Positions 1 through 11,591 of a DNA stretch of 64,000 nucleotides are shown piece after piece. The DNA comes from Pristiophorus japonicus (taxonomy: Eukaryota), in contig NC_091999.1 in NCBI RefSeq assembly GCF_044704955.1, positions 11,656,001-11,720,000 of the forward strand. The letters run 5' to 3'. The notes under the pieces were generated by a model that saw only the letters and a list, made by a program, of their open reading frames with translations, was not told the DNA's origin and ran no database searches. Position numbers and translations under genes: made by a program. Numbering within the stretch: the first letter of the stretch is position 1; each line of letters opens with the position of its first letter.

Positions 1-424
1 CCATAGAGAGTGGATGGAGTATGTTGGGCTGTACCCCACTGATGAGTTTATACATTTAGGACGCTCTGATTAATCCTTTCCTGACAGAATTAATGGAGAT
101 TCTGGATCTGCACTCCACAGAGGAGTCAAGCCATTCAGCGCAGTCTGATTAACCCTTGCCTTACAGAATGTATGGATGCTCTGGAAATGTGCCCCACAGC
201 AGTAACAGCAGAAATCCAGCCTTTCTTTCCTGTAGCAGACAGTAGCAATGCGGCGACTCAGCATCTGGGTTGTTTGGCAGGCATTTCTGCAAATCCAAGC
301 TGACTGCAGTCTGCATCCTTATACAAGAATGGTTCCACATTTAGAGTCTAGGGCGTGAATGAAACCCATATCAACGTTCTGTAACCTGGAAGCACAGGAT
401 TGCTAAAGCGTTTACTGTACGTAA

Positions 425-805
425 GAAGGTAAGAATTAAGAGTGGGATTAGGCTATGCGGCTATAAGATCATTGCTGATCTTCGACCTCAACTCCACTTT
501 CCCACCTGTCCCCCGCATCCCTTGATTCACCTCAAGACAAAACCTCGATCTATCTCAGCCTTGAATAGATTCAACGACTCAGATTCCACAGGCTTTTGTT
601 GTAGAGAATTGTCAAGATTCATTACCCTTCGAGTGAAGAAATTCTTCCTCATCTCGGTGTTAAATGGCAGACCCCTTGTTCTGAGATGATGCCCCCATTT
701 CTGGACTCTACAGCCAAGGGAGACAACTTCTCAGTGCCTACCCTGTTAATCCCCTTCATATACTTACATGTTTCAATGAGCTCACCTCTCATTCTTCTAA
801 TCTCC
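425..805 (-). mobile_element. CR1 LINE 3' fragment
   Basis: Minus strand encodes the RT C-terminal motif RRMRGELIET followed by a CR1-type 3'UTR; homologous to 9545-9962. Confidence 0.85.
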
Positions 806-1706
806 AGAGGCCGCAGAATTATTTCGGGGTCGTTTCTTTCTCTATAATTCTGTTGGTTTTGCAGGAGTCTGTGGGGTTCTGGCAGGATTTCCTTCCACTG
901 CAATGTATAAGGCAGCTAGTGAAATGTGGGCCAATCGCGGTGCAACTTTCGACAAAATTTAAGAATTACATGGAATGTACAGCACAGAAACAGCTGATAG
1001 AATCAGAGAACAATTAGGAAAAAGAGAAGAGAAATTTTTAAAGGAAGTGAAAAATGAAAAGAGCTCTAAACTTAGGTAGAGGAAAACAAAGTGAAAGTAT
1101 GAAAGAAAGAATGAGAAAGACAAAGAGAAAAGCTGTGCAATGATGAGAGTGCAGAGGACAGCAAATGACAAAAAGGGGAAAGAGAAATGAAAGGTGATAA
1201 GTAACGAGAGAAGGATAGCGGTAATAAGTAAGAGGAAGCCATAAATATGCTCAGAAATAAAGTAAAATATCCTTTCCTTTATATTAACTCACATTTCCCT
1301 TCCGCATATTTAGACAGTTGAATTGTCTGAAACAATAGTTTTCAAATCACTGAGCAGTGGAAAGCACCCTATCGATGAACTCACACATTTCTCTGCCCAT
1401 TATCCTGACTGTGTGGCTACTCAGAGTCACCGTCAGAGGGCGCCGTGGTCACATATTTCTCGCCGTTATCAACTGGAAATTACATTGACAAATCTTGCAG
1501 TAACACTGCCCACGGCACCCCCGCCCACAGCTTCCATCTGCCGCTCTCGCTCTGACGGCCCTTGCCAGCCCTGTGTTATTGGAGAGATTGCTGCCGCTGC
1601 TCCCTGTTTGAATTGTTTGGATCAGCAGTGCAGTGCCGCGGGGATCTGTAACTCTGCTCCCACACAGGATTTCCAGGACTGCAGAGTTACAGACTCAGGC
1701 AGCGTC

Positions 1707-2205
1707 ATGTGGAACCGTCTCACACTGCTCCTCACCGATGTATGACTTCTCAGTAAGTATTTCCTTCGCATTAAAAATGATTTCTCCCCCGCCTGCTGTA
1801 GCTCAGGTGTTATTATTGGTAAAATGATATGGATGGTTATGATTATGTTGACTGAGATGACGGTGATGATGATCATGATGACATTCTATTATTTTCTGCT
1901 AGAATGGAGCCAACAAGACAAAGTGGAACAGCCGGTCCGTGATATGATGGTTGTGGAGGAAAGTAATGTCACACTAACCTGCACCTTGAAAACCAGCGAA
2001 ACTGCATCTCTGTGTTCTGGTACATTCAGCACCCCGGGAAGCCTCCACAGTACGTGCTTCGTTTTATCAGAGTGAATGTAGACCTTAACCCCGCCTTTAC
2101 TGATCAATTCTCTTCTACGTTTAATAAAATTGTCAAGATTACCGAGCTAACGATCGGCAAAGCCCTGATCTCTGACACAGCCGTATATTTCTGCGCCATG
2201 AGACC
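1707..2205 (+). pseudogene. TCR alpha/delta-type V pseudogene (V1)
   Basis: 46-nt leader exon 1707-1752 (MWNRLTLLLTDV*, in-frame TGA) then GTAAGT; acceptor AG 1901-1902; V exon VTLTC..FWYIQ..DTAVYFCAMR with a 1-nt frameshift near 2010. Confidence 0.92.
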
Positions 2206-2245
2206 CACACTGCTGCAGAGTTAGAGTGGAAACCGTACAAAAACC
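2206..2245 (+). promoter_or_regulatory. RSS of V1 (CACACTG-24-ACAAAAACC)
   Basis: Heptamer 2206-2212, consensus nonamer 2237-2245. Confidence 0.93.
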
Positions 2246-2634
2246 CACACTGAGAGTTCCAGTTGCTGCGCACAAGAGGGCGCTCTCACACCGATAATCA
2301 GAATCAATAATTCTCCACAGCCAGAGTCACAGGGAGATTCTTAAAAGCGCGAGAAAACAAAACCCACGACAAGTCTCCCCTTCTGCTTCTGGCTTCACTC
2401 TTGAAGACAGCCTCTAGCTAAAAGAATCTCCGTGATTCCGGTCTGAAAATAGATGTTCAAACGGGGAAAGAAAATAGTGTCGAGTCTTTGCAATTCAGAT
2501 CGTAAACATGTTGCAAATTAGAGAAAAGAGGAAATGTATTGGTTCCATCATCATTACCTCCATCAATTTAACAATAATAACACCAGTGAAGGGAGAGGGG
2601 GAGAATGGATTTTCGCTGGGAAAGTAATACTTAC

Positions 2635-2680
2635 TGGGAAGCGATATAATGATGAGGAGCAGTGCGAGATGGTTCCACAT
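2635..2680 (-). pseudogene. Orphan V leader exon (V1 family); no V exon found
   Basis: MWNHLALLLIIISLP then GTAAGT, followed by sequence like the V1 intron; no Ig-V motifs further downstream. Confidence 0.8.
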
Positions 2681-3854
2681 GATACTCCCTGAGTCTGTAA
2701 CTCTGCATTTAGCCTAACTCGCAGTATTACTTTAAATTGAAGTGTGGGAGTTGAACCTGGGTCACGGATTCAATGCATAAAAATTAATTTTAGGACTGCT
2801 ATCACGAAGTACTTCGCACACACACATCAATGTCTCCCATATAGAGGGAAATACTCTATCATAGTTTAAGGAAACGTTTGAAACTACAATGAGGGGTGGC
2901 AGTTAGGATCTCTCTGGATAGATCAGGCAAGACCAACCAAGATCTGGTGAACTGCAAAACGGCGGAATTTGTATCTTGTAGTGACAGGTAGTCACCATCA
3001 GAGGGAGCGGGCAGATGTATTCACTCTTGGTTTCAGTGTGAGGGCGAGGTGCAGATGGTCAAAATCGTTCAGTTCCTTCGTTTAATATTTAAAATTAAAA
3101 TTTTTAAAGAATTATTAATGACTTACTATAGGTATTGTAATGATCAGCTCACCATTGTACCACTGATCCACCCGCTGCTTGCATCCTCCTATTCTGCTGA
3201 AAAATGTCAGTAATTTCCAATTTCATTCATATAACACGTGGCGTTTGTATAATTTACCATATCGTTGTGTTCAAAAGCCCCAACATTCGCTGGCTGTCTA
3301 TATTAACCTGTATATCAGCAGTGGGTAAAACTAATGGTAAGTGAGCAGCTCCTGTAATGGGAGCCTCTACTGATACCTCCACAACATTAACTGTTTCCCT
3401 TTAATGCCCCCACATTATAGATTGCATCAGTTTAGCGAATTGAGACTCCGTTGCATTTGAAAACAGTGGACGATTTGATTTTCTGCCCAAACGTGAAATT
3501 TATGTTTTAATCAATTCAAGGACCAATACTCATCAGTTAAAAGAGTATCAAGTAGATTGCACCGAGGGAACGTGGCTGGTCTGATTGTGTCCAGAAAGAG
3601 AAGCAAGATATGATAAGTATGCAACCTGTGACTCAGGGATGAGCGAGTGCAGCTCGTCATATGATCCTCAGGAATTGTCTGACTGGTTATTAAAAGTTTT
3701 GGTACATTACGGAGACCTAATGAAGCCAAGTCTGGAATAATTTGCATCGAGTCCGTTCTTCATTTATCTCAAAATATCGACCCATGAACATACATCAACA
3801 TCCTCCTCAAGGTTTTAATCATTGTGTGCCCGTCCATGTTTATTCTAGTATTTG

Positions 3855-4090
3855 TGGTCTGTGTGTGTTTTAGTGTGTGTCTATCTATATTTATGTGTTT
3901 GTGTGCGTGTGTCTGAGTGTGTGAGTGTGACTGTGTGTATGAATTGTGTGTGAGTCTGTTTTTGTGAGTTTGTGTGTATGTGTGTTTGAGTTTCTGTGTG
4001 TGTGCTTGAGTGTGTCTGTATTTCGGTGCTTGTGTCGGTGGTTGTGTTTGTGTTTGTGTCTGTGTGCGGGTGTCTGGTCATGTGCTTGTT
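3855..4090. repeat. (GT)n-rich degenerate microsatellite
   Basis: Visible low-complexity TG run. Confidence 0.9.
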
Positions 4091-4667
4091 TCCAATCCTC
4101 TGTGTCAGGCTTGTATTGGACACAATGGTGCGCTCCCTGATCACTTGTTAAAGACCTTGCATCTCAAGCAAAGCACCAACTAAATATACGTCAATAAAAT
4201 CCAAAGATATCAAACATTGTCTGTATTTTTGCTTATGTTGGTGTGTGTGTAATCTATTGTGTTAAGACTGCAACTATTAATGGGATGCATTGACTGCAGG
4301 AAATTCCGCACCTTATTCCATGTTAATGAGAGAAAGTTAGAGAACGAACGAGAGGAATAGACAGAGAGAGAGAGAAGGAGACTGAGAGAGAGAGAGAGAG
4401 AGAGAGCAAGAGAAAGAGAGAGGTTGTGACACAGATAGAGATACCGAATAGACATAGATAAAGGGAGACAAAGACACACACAAATAGTCAATGAAAGACT
4501 TTGGAGAGATTGGGCACAACTAACACTCATTGGTGCAAAGCTGAAGATAGTTGTGAGAGACCAGCCAACCATGTCCCTGGGAAACGCCCCTCAGTTTCTC
4601 AATAATGAAGCCTGCCCTGATTTGTGTTTAAGTCTGTTATTTTCTGTTGGACTCTACTCCAGGCACC

Positions 4668-5108
4668 ATGTATGTCCTACATTCCTTCTTGATAATAATA
4701 GTCGTGTTGCCCGGTGAGTCTATGTTTAAAAAGGCAGTGTGTGTTTCATGATTTCAATTCACTCCCAGAATTTTGACGCATTCTGAATTTTGTAACAGGA
4801 ACGAAAGGCGAAAATTCTGTGTCCCAGGATCCGTCAGAATTAAAGGTTCAGGAGGGACAGTCCATAATACTGAATTGCAGATACTCCACATCCGATAACT
4901 TTCCCTACCTCTTATGGTATATCCAGGATCCCGGGGAAGCTCCGAGATATTTACTGAAGAGATACGGCAAAGAGGGGCAGGCGGATCAGTCTCCAGATCT
5001 CCCAGACCGTATCTCTGCTGATTTGGACCAAGAAAACAAATCGGTTCTTTTAAATATCTCCGGGGCTCTTGTCTCTGTTTTTGCCATCTATTATTGTGCG
5101 CTGCGCCT
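4668..5108 (+). CDS. TCR alpha/delta-type V segment (V2), intact; exons 4668-4713 and 4799-5108
   Basis: Leader MYVLHSFLIIIVVLP/GTGAGT; phase-1 intron; IILNC..LWYIQ..AIYYCALR open frame (conserved D of DxAxYYC replaced by V). Confidence 0.93.
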
Positions 5109-5147
5109 CACACTGTTAGAGGGGCTCATTCAGCCCATACAAAAACC
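5109..5147 (+). promoter_or_regulatory. 23-RSS of V2 (CACACTG-23-ACAAAAACC)
   Basis: Heptamer 5109-5115, nonamer 5139-5147. Confidence 0.95.
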
Positions 5148-5519
5148 AGCAAAAGACTCTCATCTCCTCTCACTGAATTAGATCTGTGACCTGGATTGTT
5201 AACTAGCAATGGAATATAAACCAAAGGATAAAGACTAGTTTCGCCGAATGACGAATTTTTCTGCTGTAGACTCTGTGAAATTCTATGCAATATCACCTTG
5301 ATATTAGCTGCTTCTAATGGTCAATGAGCAGCTCTTTTAAAGGGAGCCTGTGGCCCTGATACCTGAACAACGTAAACTATATCCCGTCACTGCTTCCGCC
5401 GCATCTACTGCCCCTGTTAACATTGAGTTTAATCCCCTGTTTAATGGCCAAAATTGGATTTAATCCACATGCAGGACTCTGTTGTGAACATTTTTTCACT
5501 CCTTTCCCTGCTGCCCTCT

Positions 5520-5930
5520 CTGACGTCGTGAATTGCAGAACAAACAGTCTGTGAGCTGATTGGATGAATTGGCGCACACAGCGCTGTGAGCAGATTGGTT
5601 GACATGGGGTACAAAGGGCTGTACGATGATTGGATGAATTGGAGGACAAAGGAGCTGAAGTCTGATTGGCTGAAATGGCGAACAAGAGAACTGTGAAATG
5701 ATTGGATCAATTGGAGAACACAGGACACGTGAGTTAATTCTAGATCACCTGCTGACACTGTCAGGAATGATCCAATCAGCAGAGAGGCCGGATATTAGTC
5801 AACATCTCCCCACTCTTGACGAAAAACATTTTCGGGTTCAACCCGTTCTGTTGAAATCCGCCATCAAACATGTTGGATGTTACTTTTTATTTGATCATCA
5901 CAGCTGCAGCTTTCTTAATTGGTAAGTTCA
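5520..5930. repeat. ~38-bp tandem repeat rich in ATTGG plus unique tail; second copy at 16970-17390
   Basis: Repeated GCTGATTGGATGAATTGG..ACAAAG units; shared downstream GTTxAACCCGT..AAATCxGCCATCAA. Confidence 0.8.
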
Positions 5931-6453
5931 CAAGTTGCACAACACTGTGTTGCACATCTACATCATACATTATAATTAATCGGGCACTGCCCTGAACACA
6001 AAAATATCAACAGATTGATTCAAGTGAAGACCATCATAATGCACCGTGACTCAACACTGAACACGGTTTGGGGAAACTCGCCAAAATCCCCCAGTGAGTG
6101 AAAGCGTTTGAGTTCAGATGAGATTTCAGGTGAATGACCGACAGACTCGTCTCATCTGCCGGTACCAGTGACGGACTTTGACAGACACAGGGGTGTAAAA
6201 ACCACAGATCGATTGTACATTTCCCTTCACTTCACAAGGGGTGACGATGCAGAATTGATCCAGCTGAAAGTTCATTAAAGGAAATGTTATTCAGTCGATA
6301 CAAGCACTTTCCCGTTGCAGGTGTGGCGAAATATATTTCTGTTTAACTGCCCAGAGTTACTTCGCAGTTAAGTGTTGGAGTGACGAGGTGATTCTGGGAT
6401 ATGACACAGTGAAGTGACACTGTTTAATTTAATATCACTCTGGGCTCTTGCAG

Positions 6454-6760
6454 GATATTGTCGAGGAGACTCCGTTTCACAGACACCGGATGCAACCACA
6501 GTAAGTGAAGGAGATGATATCCAGTTGCATTGTAATTATACAGCTACAAGCGACAGCAATCCTTCTGTATTCTGGTACCGTCAGTATCCCAGCGGATCCA
6601 TAGAATATCTGCTGCAGAGAAACAAATACAGCCACAATGAGGAGAGATTTCCAGTGGACCGTTTTTCAGCGAAGCTCAATGATTTGAGCCGAACCGTCCC
6701 ACTGAATGTGTCTGAGACACAACTGACAGACTCCGCGGTGTATTACTGCGCACTGAGACC
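6454..6760 (+). CDS. TCR alpha/delta-type V exon (V3), open frame; leader doubtful
   Basis: TTGCAG acceptor; GDSVSQ..IQLHC..FWYRQ..DSAVYYCALR; candidate leader 6321-6366 begins GTG rather than ATG. Confidence 0.9.
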
Positions 6761-6799
6761 CACAGAGACACAGAGCTGGGCTGGACCTGTACAAAAACT
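6761..6799 (+). promoter_or_regulatory. 23-RSS of V3 (CACAGAG-23-ACAAAAACT)
   Basis: Heptamer 6761-6767, nonamer 6791-6799. Confidence 0.93.
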
Positions 6800-6964
6800 G
6801 TCAGAGCGTTGCTCAACATATCAGCGTGTGAGGGGAACATTGTGATCGGGGAATATCTGAGCTAATCCCTACATTTATGGTCGGACATTGTACTGTTAAT
6901 TGTCATTCGTATTCACCTTTACTCATAAAAATATATCTTGGGGGCACACAAATGAAACGGGAGG

Positions 6965-7345
6965 AAAGAAAGCAAAAGAAAGACATCGCACGCATACAGC
7001 GTCTTTTACGACCTCGCGATGTCGCAAAGCCCTTTACAATAATTCCACTACGTTTTAATAGTGTAGTTAATGTTGTAATGTAGGAAACACGGCTGCCAAT
7101 CTGTGCACAGCAAAATCCCATAGCGAGCAATATTTTTTATGATAGTCTGTTTTTAGTGATGTTGATTGAGGGATAAATATTTGCTAGGACACAGGGGAGT
7201 ACTCCTCTGCTCTTTGTCGAAATAGTGGCAATGAGATATTTTGCAAACACCTGAGAGTGCAGACAGGAGTAACGTCTCATGCAAAAGACTCCATCTCCAA
7301 TAATTCAACATTCCCTCACTACTGCACTGAAGTATCAGCCAAGAT
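6965..7345 (-). mobile_element. Deu-domain SINE (SacSINE1-like), 5'-truncated
   Basis: Reverse complement resembles the recalled shark SINE body (..ATTGGCAGCCGTGTTTCCTACATTACAACA..) and its 3' tail. Confidence 0.75.
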
Positions 7346-7926
7346 AAATATATATATATATAACACCAATGCAGAGCGAATGTCATATGACATTACAGAG
7401 GTAACCTGGCTGATAACTGGCAGGCAGGTATAAAATGGCCGCTATGGCCTCGGTTTCTCTGAGCAAGGGGTCCAGTTTGTGTCAATGCAGCTGCACACAG
7501 AAAGGAATCACTGGAATCGGGGCATGCAGGAGGATATTTAAGTGTAAACATGAATGTCACAGGAGAATCAACCTAATGCTCTCGATGAATCGTCACACAC
7601 CAGCATAAAATAAACCAACACTCAGCAAAGTGATTGACTCGGGCCTGGTGAATATAATCCCACCCTTAAGCAATGCTAAAGCTTTACTCACAACAAAGAC
7701 GGCACTCACTGAGCGACTGGCTCCACAAGCCGAGACTTTATGCTGTGACTGTCGGTATCTGTGATCCAACCCGCTGTCAACTGGAAATTATAGAGACAAA
7801 CCTTGAGGTAACAGTGTCTACGGCAGCCCTGCCCTCAGCTTCCGTTTGCTGCTCTCGTTGTGACCCGCTTTGCCTGCCCAGTGTTATTGGAGAGATTGCT
7901 GCAGCTGTTACGGGAAGTAGGATGGC

Positions 7927-7965
7927 GGTTTCTGTAAAGTGACTGCCGCGTTTCCTCCCAGTGTG
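7927..7965 (-). promoter_or_regulatory. 23-RSS of V4 (CACACTG-23-ACAGAAACC)
   Basis: Heptamer 7959-7965, nonamer 7927-7935. Confidence 0.9.
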
Positions 7966-8946
7966 TGACTCTATCGCACAGCGGTATCCGCGCTCTCCGA
8001 GCTCTCAATGACCAATAGGCCGCGTTTGTCTGCAGTAAAAAGATCCACTTAAAATCGGCCCCTTCTCTCCCTGCCAGCTGATAGTCGCATTATTATCCAC
8101 TCGAGTCCCTGTCTGGATTTCAGTTTGTACCAGTGCATTGCGTAAATGCTGGAAGTGTCATAGCTGCAGTTAATCTGCACCGAAACCCCGCTCCGAACTG
8201 TTATTGCAGCCGGAGACTGCCGCATTCGGTCCGAGAGACACCGACCTCTAAAATCACTGAGATAATAAAATACTGAAGCAACATGAGTAATAAATAGAAA
8301 CATAGAAATGTAGAAAAGAGGTGCAGGAGTAGGCCATTCGGCCCTTCGAGCCTCCAACACCATTCAGTAAGATCATGGCTGGTCATGCAACTTCAGTATC
8401 CCTTTCCTGCTTTCTCTCCAAACCCCCTGATCCCCTTAGCCGTAAGGGCCACACCTAACTCCCTCTTGAATATATCCAACGAACTGGACTCAACAACTTT
8501 CTGTGATAGAGAATTACACAGGTCCACCAATCTCTGGCTGAAAAAGTTTCTCCTCATCTCGGTCCTATATAGCTTACCTCTGGACTTCCCCAACATCTGG
8601 AACATTCTTACTGCATCTAACCTGTCCAGTCCCTTCGTAATTCTATATGTTTCTATGAGGTCCCCTCTCATTCTTCTAAATTCCAGAGAGTATAAGCCGA
8701 GCCGATCCAGTCTTTTTTCACATGTCAGTCCTGCCATCCTGGGAATTAGTCTGGTGAATCTTCGCTGCACTCCCTCAATAGCAAGTACGTCCTTCCACAG
8801 ATTAGGAGACCAAAACTGCACACAATACTCAAGGTGTGGTCTCACCAAGGCCCTGTACAACTGCAGTAAGACCTCCCTGAGGGCTATTGCGCTCAACTCC
8901 TGTACCTATATGTTAGCAGCAGCAGAATAACGGGGAATAGATTCAT
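7966..8946 (-). pseudogene. TCR V pseudogene (V4) with a CR1 in its leader intron
   Basis: Leader MNLFPVILLLLTY starting at 8946; V exon from ~8247 (MRQSP..VQINC..MHWYK..GRF*); TAA at 8049-8051; YYC missing after DTAV. Confidence 0.88.
8293..8879 (-). mobile_element. CR1 LINE 3' fragment in the V4 intron
   Basis: ORF 8393-8896 LYRALVRPHLEYCVQFWSP..RRMRGDLIET; (TTTCTATG)n tail. Confidence 0.95.
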
Positions 8947-9544
8947 TTGTACCGAGTAATACATCCTGGCAATTACCCAATGTTAAGAAGAAAGTGGCAC
9001 ACAGCTCGCATCAGAAGACCCCGAACCGAGTGAACAGGCGGCTTATTAAAGTTAGCGCCGCCTAGTTTAAGTCTCAGTCACGTGTGTTTGCTGCTCTTGG
9101 ATTGACTGGAAATGGACATTGTTCACCCACGGTTCACATCCAGACATGTGATCTGATTACCTGCAAGTTTCTCTCCTCCTTGTGGAGGGAAGTGACGTGA
9201 AACCAATCCCTTTGTGATAGTCATTCTCTCAAGGGACATTCCTGGCGCTGTGTGTTTGGAATCACGTGAAGCCCTTGATAACTCTTTCCACACAGAATGT
9301 ATGGAGGCTCTGGAACTGCGCCCCACAGCAGCAACAGCAGAAATCTAGACGTCCTTTATCGAGCAGACAGTAGCAATGCGGCTACTCAGCATCTGGGTTG
9401 TGTGAGAGGCATTTCTGAAAATCCAAGGTGGCTGCAGTCTACGTCCTTATAGGAGAATGGTTCCACATTTAGAGTTCGGGGCAGAAATGACACCCATATC
9501 GAGGTTCTGTAACCGGGAAGTACAGGATCATTAAATAATTTAGT

Positions 9545-9962
9545 GTACATAAGAAGATAAGAATTAAGAGTGGGATTAGGCCATATGGCCATGTGAGCCT
9601 TCTCCGCCATTCAATAAGATCATAGCTCACGTTCGACCTCAACTCCACTTTCCCCCCTGCTCCCGCATCCCTTGATTCACCTCAAGTCCAAAACTCATCT
9701 ATCTCATCATTGAACATGTTCAACGACTCAGGTTCCACAGGCTTTTGGTGTAGAGAATTGCCAAGATTCACTACCCTCCGAGTGAAGAAATTCCTCCTCA
9801 TCTCGGTATTAACTGGCCTAACCATTATCCTGAGATGATGCCCCCTAGTTCTGGATTCTACAGCCAGGAGAAACAACCTCTTACCACCTACCCTCTCAAT
9901 CCCCTTCAGAATCGTATATGTTTCAATAAGATCACCTCTCATTCTTCTCAACTCCAGAATGT
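9545..9962 (-). mobile_element. CR1 LINE 3' fragment
   Basis: ORF 9682-9951 RRMRGDLIET..RRNFFT. Confidence 0.9.
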
Positions 9963-10147
9963 GTAGATTTATTTCAGGATCATTTAATTCTCTATAATTC
10001 TGTTTGTGTTACTGGAGTCTGTAGTTAACCGTGACTCCTGTGAACTTTCACTCACGGGTCAGTTCAGTGGTGAACTAACAATGAAACCGAATTTTATGGA
10101 AATGATTATTGATCCTTGATATAGAACGATGACATTTGATGTTGCTG

Positions 10148-10566
10148 AACAACCAACAACAATTTGTATCTACATAGCGCCCTTAACATAGTAACATCCC
10201 AAGACGCTTAACATTAGTATTGTGAGATAAAATATTTGACGCCGAGCCTCATAAGGAGAAATTAGGGCAGGTGACCAAAAGCTTGTTCAAAGAGGGCAAT
10301 ATTAAGGAGCGTTTTGAACGACAGGTAGAGAGGCGGTCGGTTTAGGCTGGGAATTCGAGAGCTTAGGTCCGAGGCAGCAGAAGGCATTGCCACCAATCGT
10401 TGAGCGATTATAATCAGGGATGCTCAAGAGGGCAGAATTAGAGGAGTGCAGACATCTCGGTGGGTTGTGGGGCTAGAGGCGATTTCAGAGGTAGGGAACG
10501 GCGAGGACATGAAGGGATTTGTAAACAAGGATGAAAATGTTGAAATCGAGGCGTTGCTTAACCGGG
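10148..10566 (-). mobile_element. L2-clade LINE 3' fragment
   Basis: Reverse complement ends GGGCGCTATGTAGATACAAATTGTTGTTG, an L2-type 3' tail similar to the SINE tail. Confidence 0.65.
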
Positions 10567-11551
10567 ATTAAACCCCTGTATGAAGTGTAGGGCGTGTTCA
10601 ATCCCTAGGATGAGGTGTGCGCCAGGTTCGCGTTAACAAGAGCCCAGCACCAGCAGGGCGTAAAACACTGTCCTTACAAGTTTCTCACATATTAGCAAAG
10701 GATGGGGCGCAGAAAACAAAACAAAATACAGGCAGCCTCGGTTTGCCTTCCACCCCTTTAACATCGATCTCCACCATCGGTACAGTTAATGGTTCAGAAA
10801 GCAGATCTCAGGGTCTGTTCTTCATTTACATTTTAATATTCCATCCCCCATCTTCCATACACTTCTTCTCACTTGGCCTGTCTAATAGTGAGTAACAGAA
10901 GCAATCCTTCGATATGATTGATGCCTTTTTGTGATGAGAATTGCCAGAGTTATCGACCCAGCCCATTGTGCATTTCAAATATGAATCTTCAATTCATTAC
11001 AAAATTGATACAAATGTTGGAGAAACTGCATTTAACTCACTGCTCAGGGACAAAGCTAAAAAAAAAGAATATTGGGACCTGACGCCCTCTGATGGTTATT
11101 CTGAAAACTGTACAGATGTCGATGGACAGGGTGTGAGAAATTGTGTGTGTATTCACTGACCTGATGCCATTCCTCGCTCTGGGAAGCCGGGTTGGAGCAC
11201 TTCGGAATTAAGATGCTGAGCAGCAGCAAAGACTTTACATCATTCAAAACAGATTGGAATAAGAAAATTCATAAGGTTCTGGGTAAAGAGTAGAGACAGG
11301 GGATGAGAAAGGAGAGGCAGGCAAGGAATGGGCATCGAATGGCAGAAAGTTTATTCTGGCATGATTTTTAAGTGTACTTTTTGTCATTTTCAAATCATTA
11401 AATATTATAATTCCACCAGTGGTCTTCATCTTTTCATGTTGAGTATTCTATTTTGCCTGCCTTTTTAGAAGGTCCCTGAGACTGAATTATTGCTTCTGGT
11501 TATCGGTGTGAGAGAGCCCTCTAGTGAGCACTAGCTGGAACTCCGATGGTG

Positions 11552-11591
11552 GGTTTTTGTACGGGATCCACGATACCTCTGCACCAGTGTG
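11552..11591 (-). promoter_or_regulatory. RSS of V5 (CACACTG-24-ACAAAAACC)
   Basis: Heptamer 11585-11591, nonamer 11552-11560. Confidence 0.92.

Noticed and set aside
1323-1745. 140-aa Cys-rich ORF with similar peptides at 7673 and 15745
   Set aside because: Translation of the duplicated V upstream region; non-ATG start, and frame and ends are not conserved in the V5 copy
2246-2252. Second CACACTG directly after the nonamer in V1 and V9 as a tandem RSS
   Set aside because: No nonamer at 12 or 23 nt, and the motif is absent in V5
9055-9068. Additional CTCF-like motifs (also 2995-3008)
   Set aside because: Three or so mismatches to the core; too weak to count without PWM scoring
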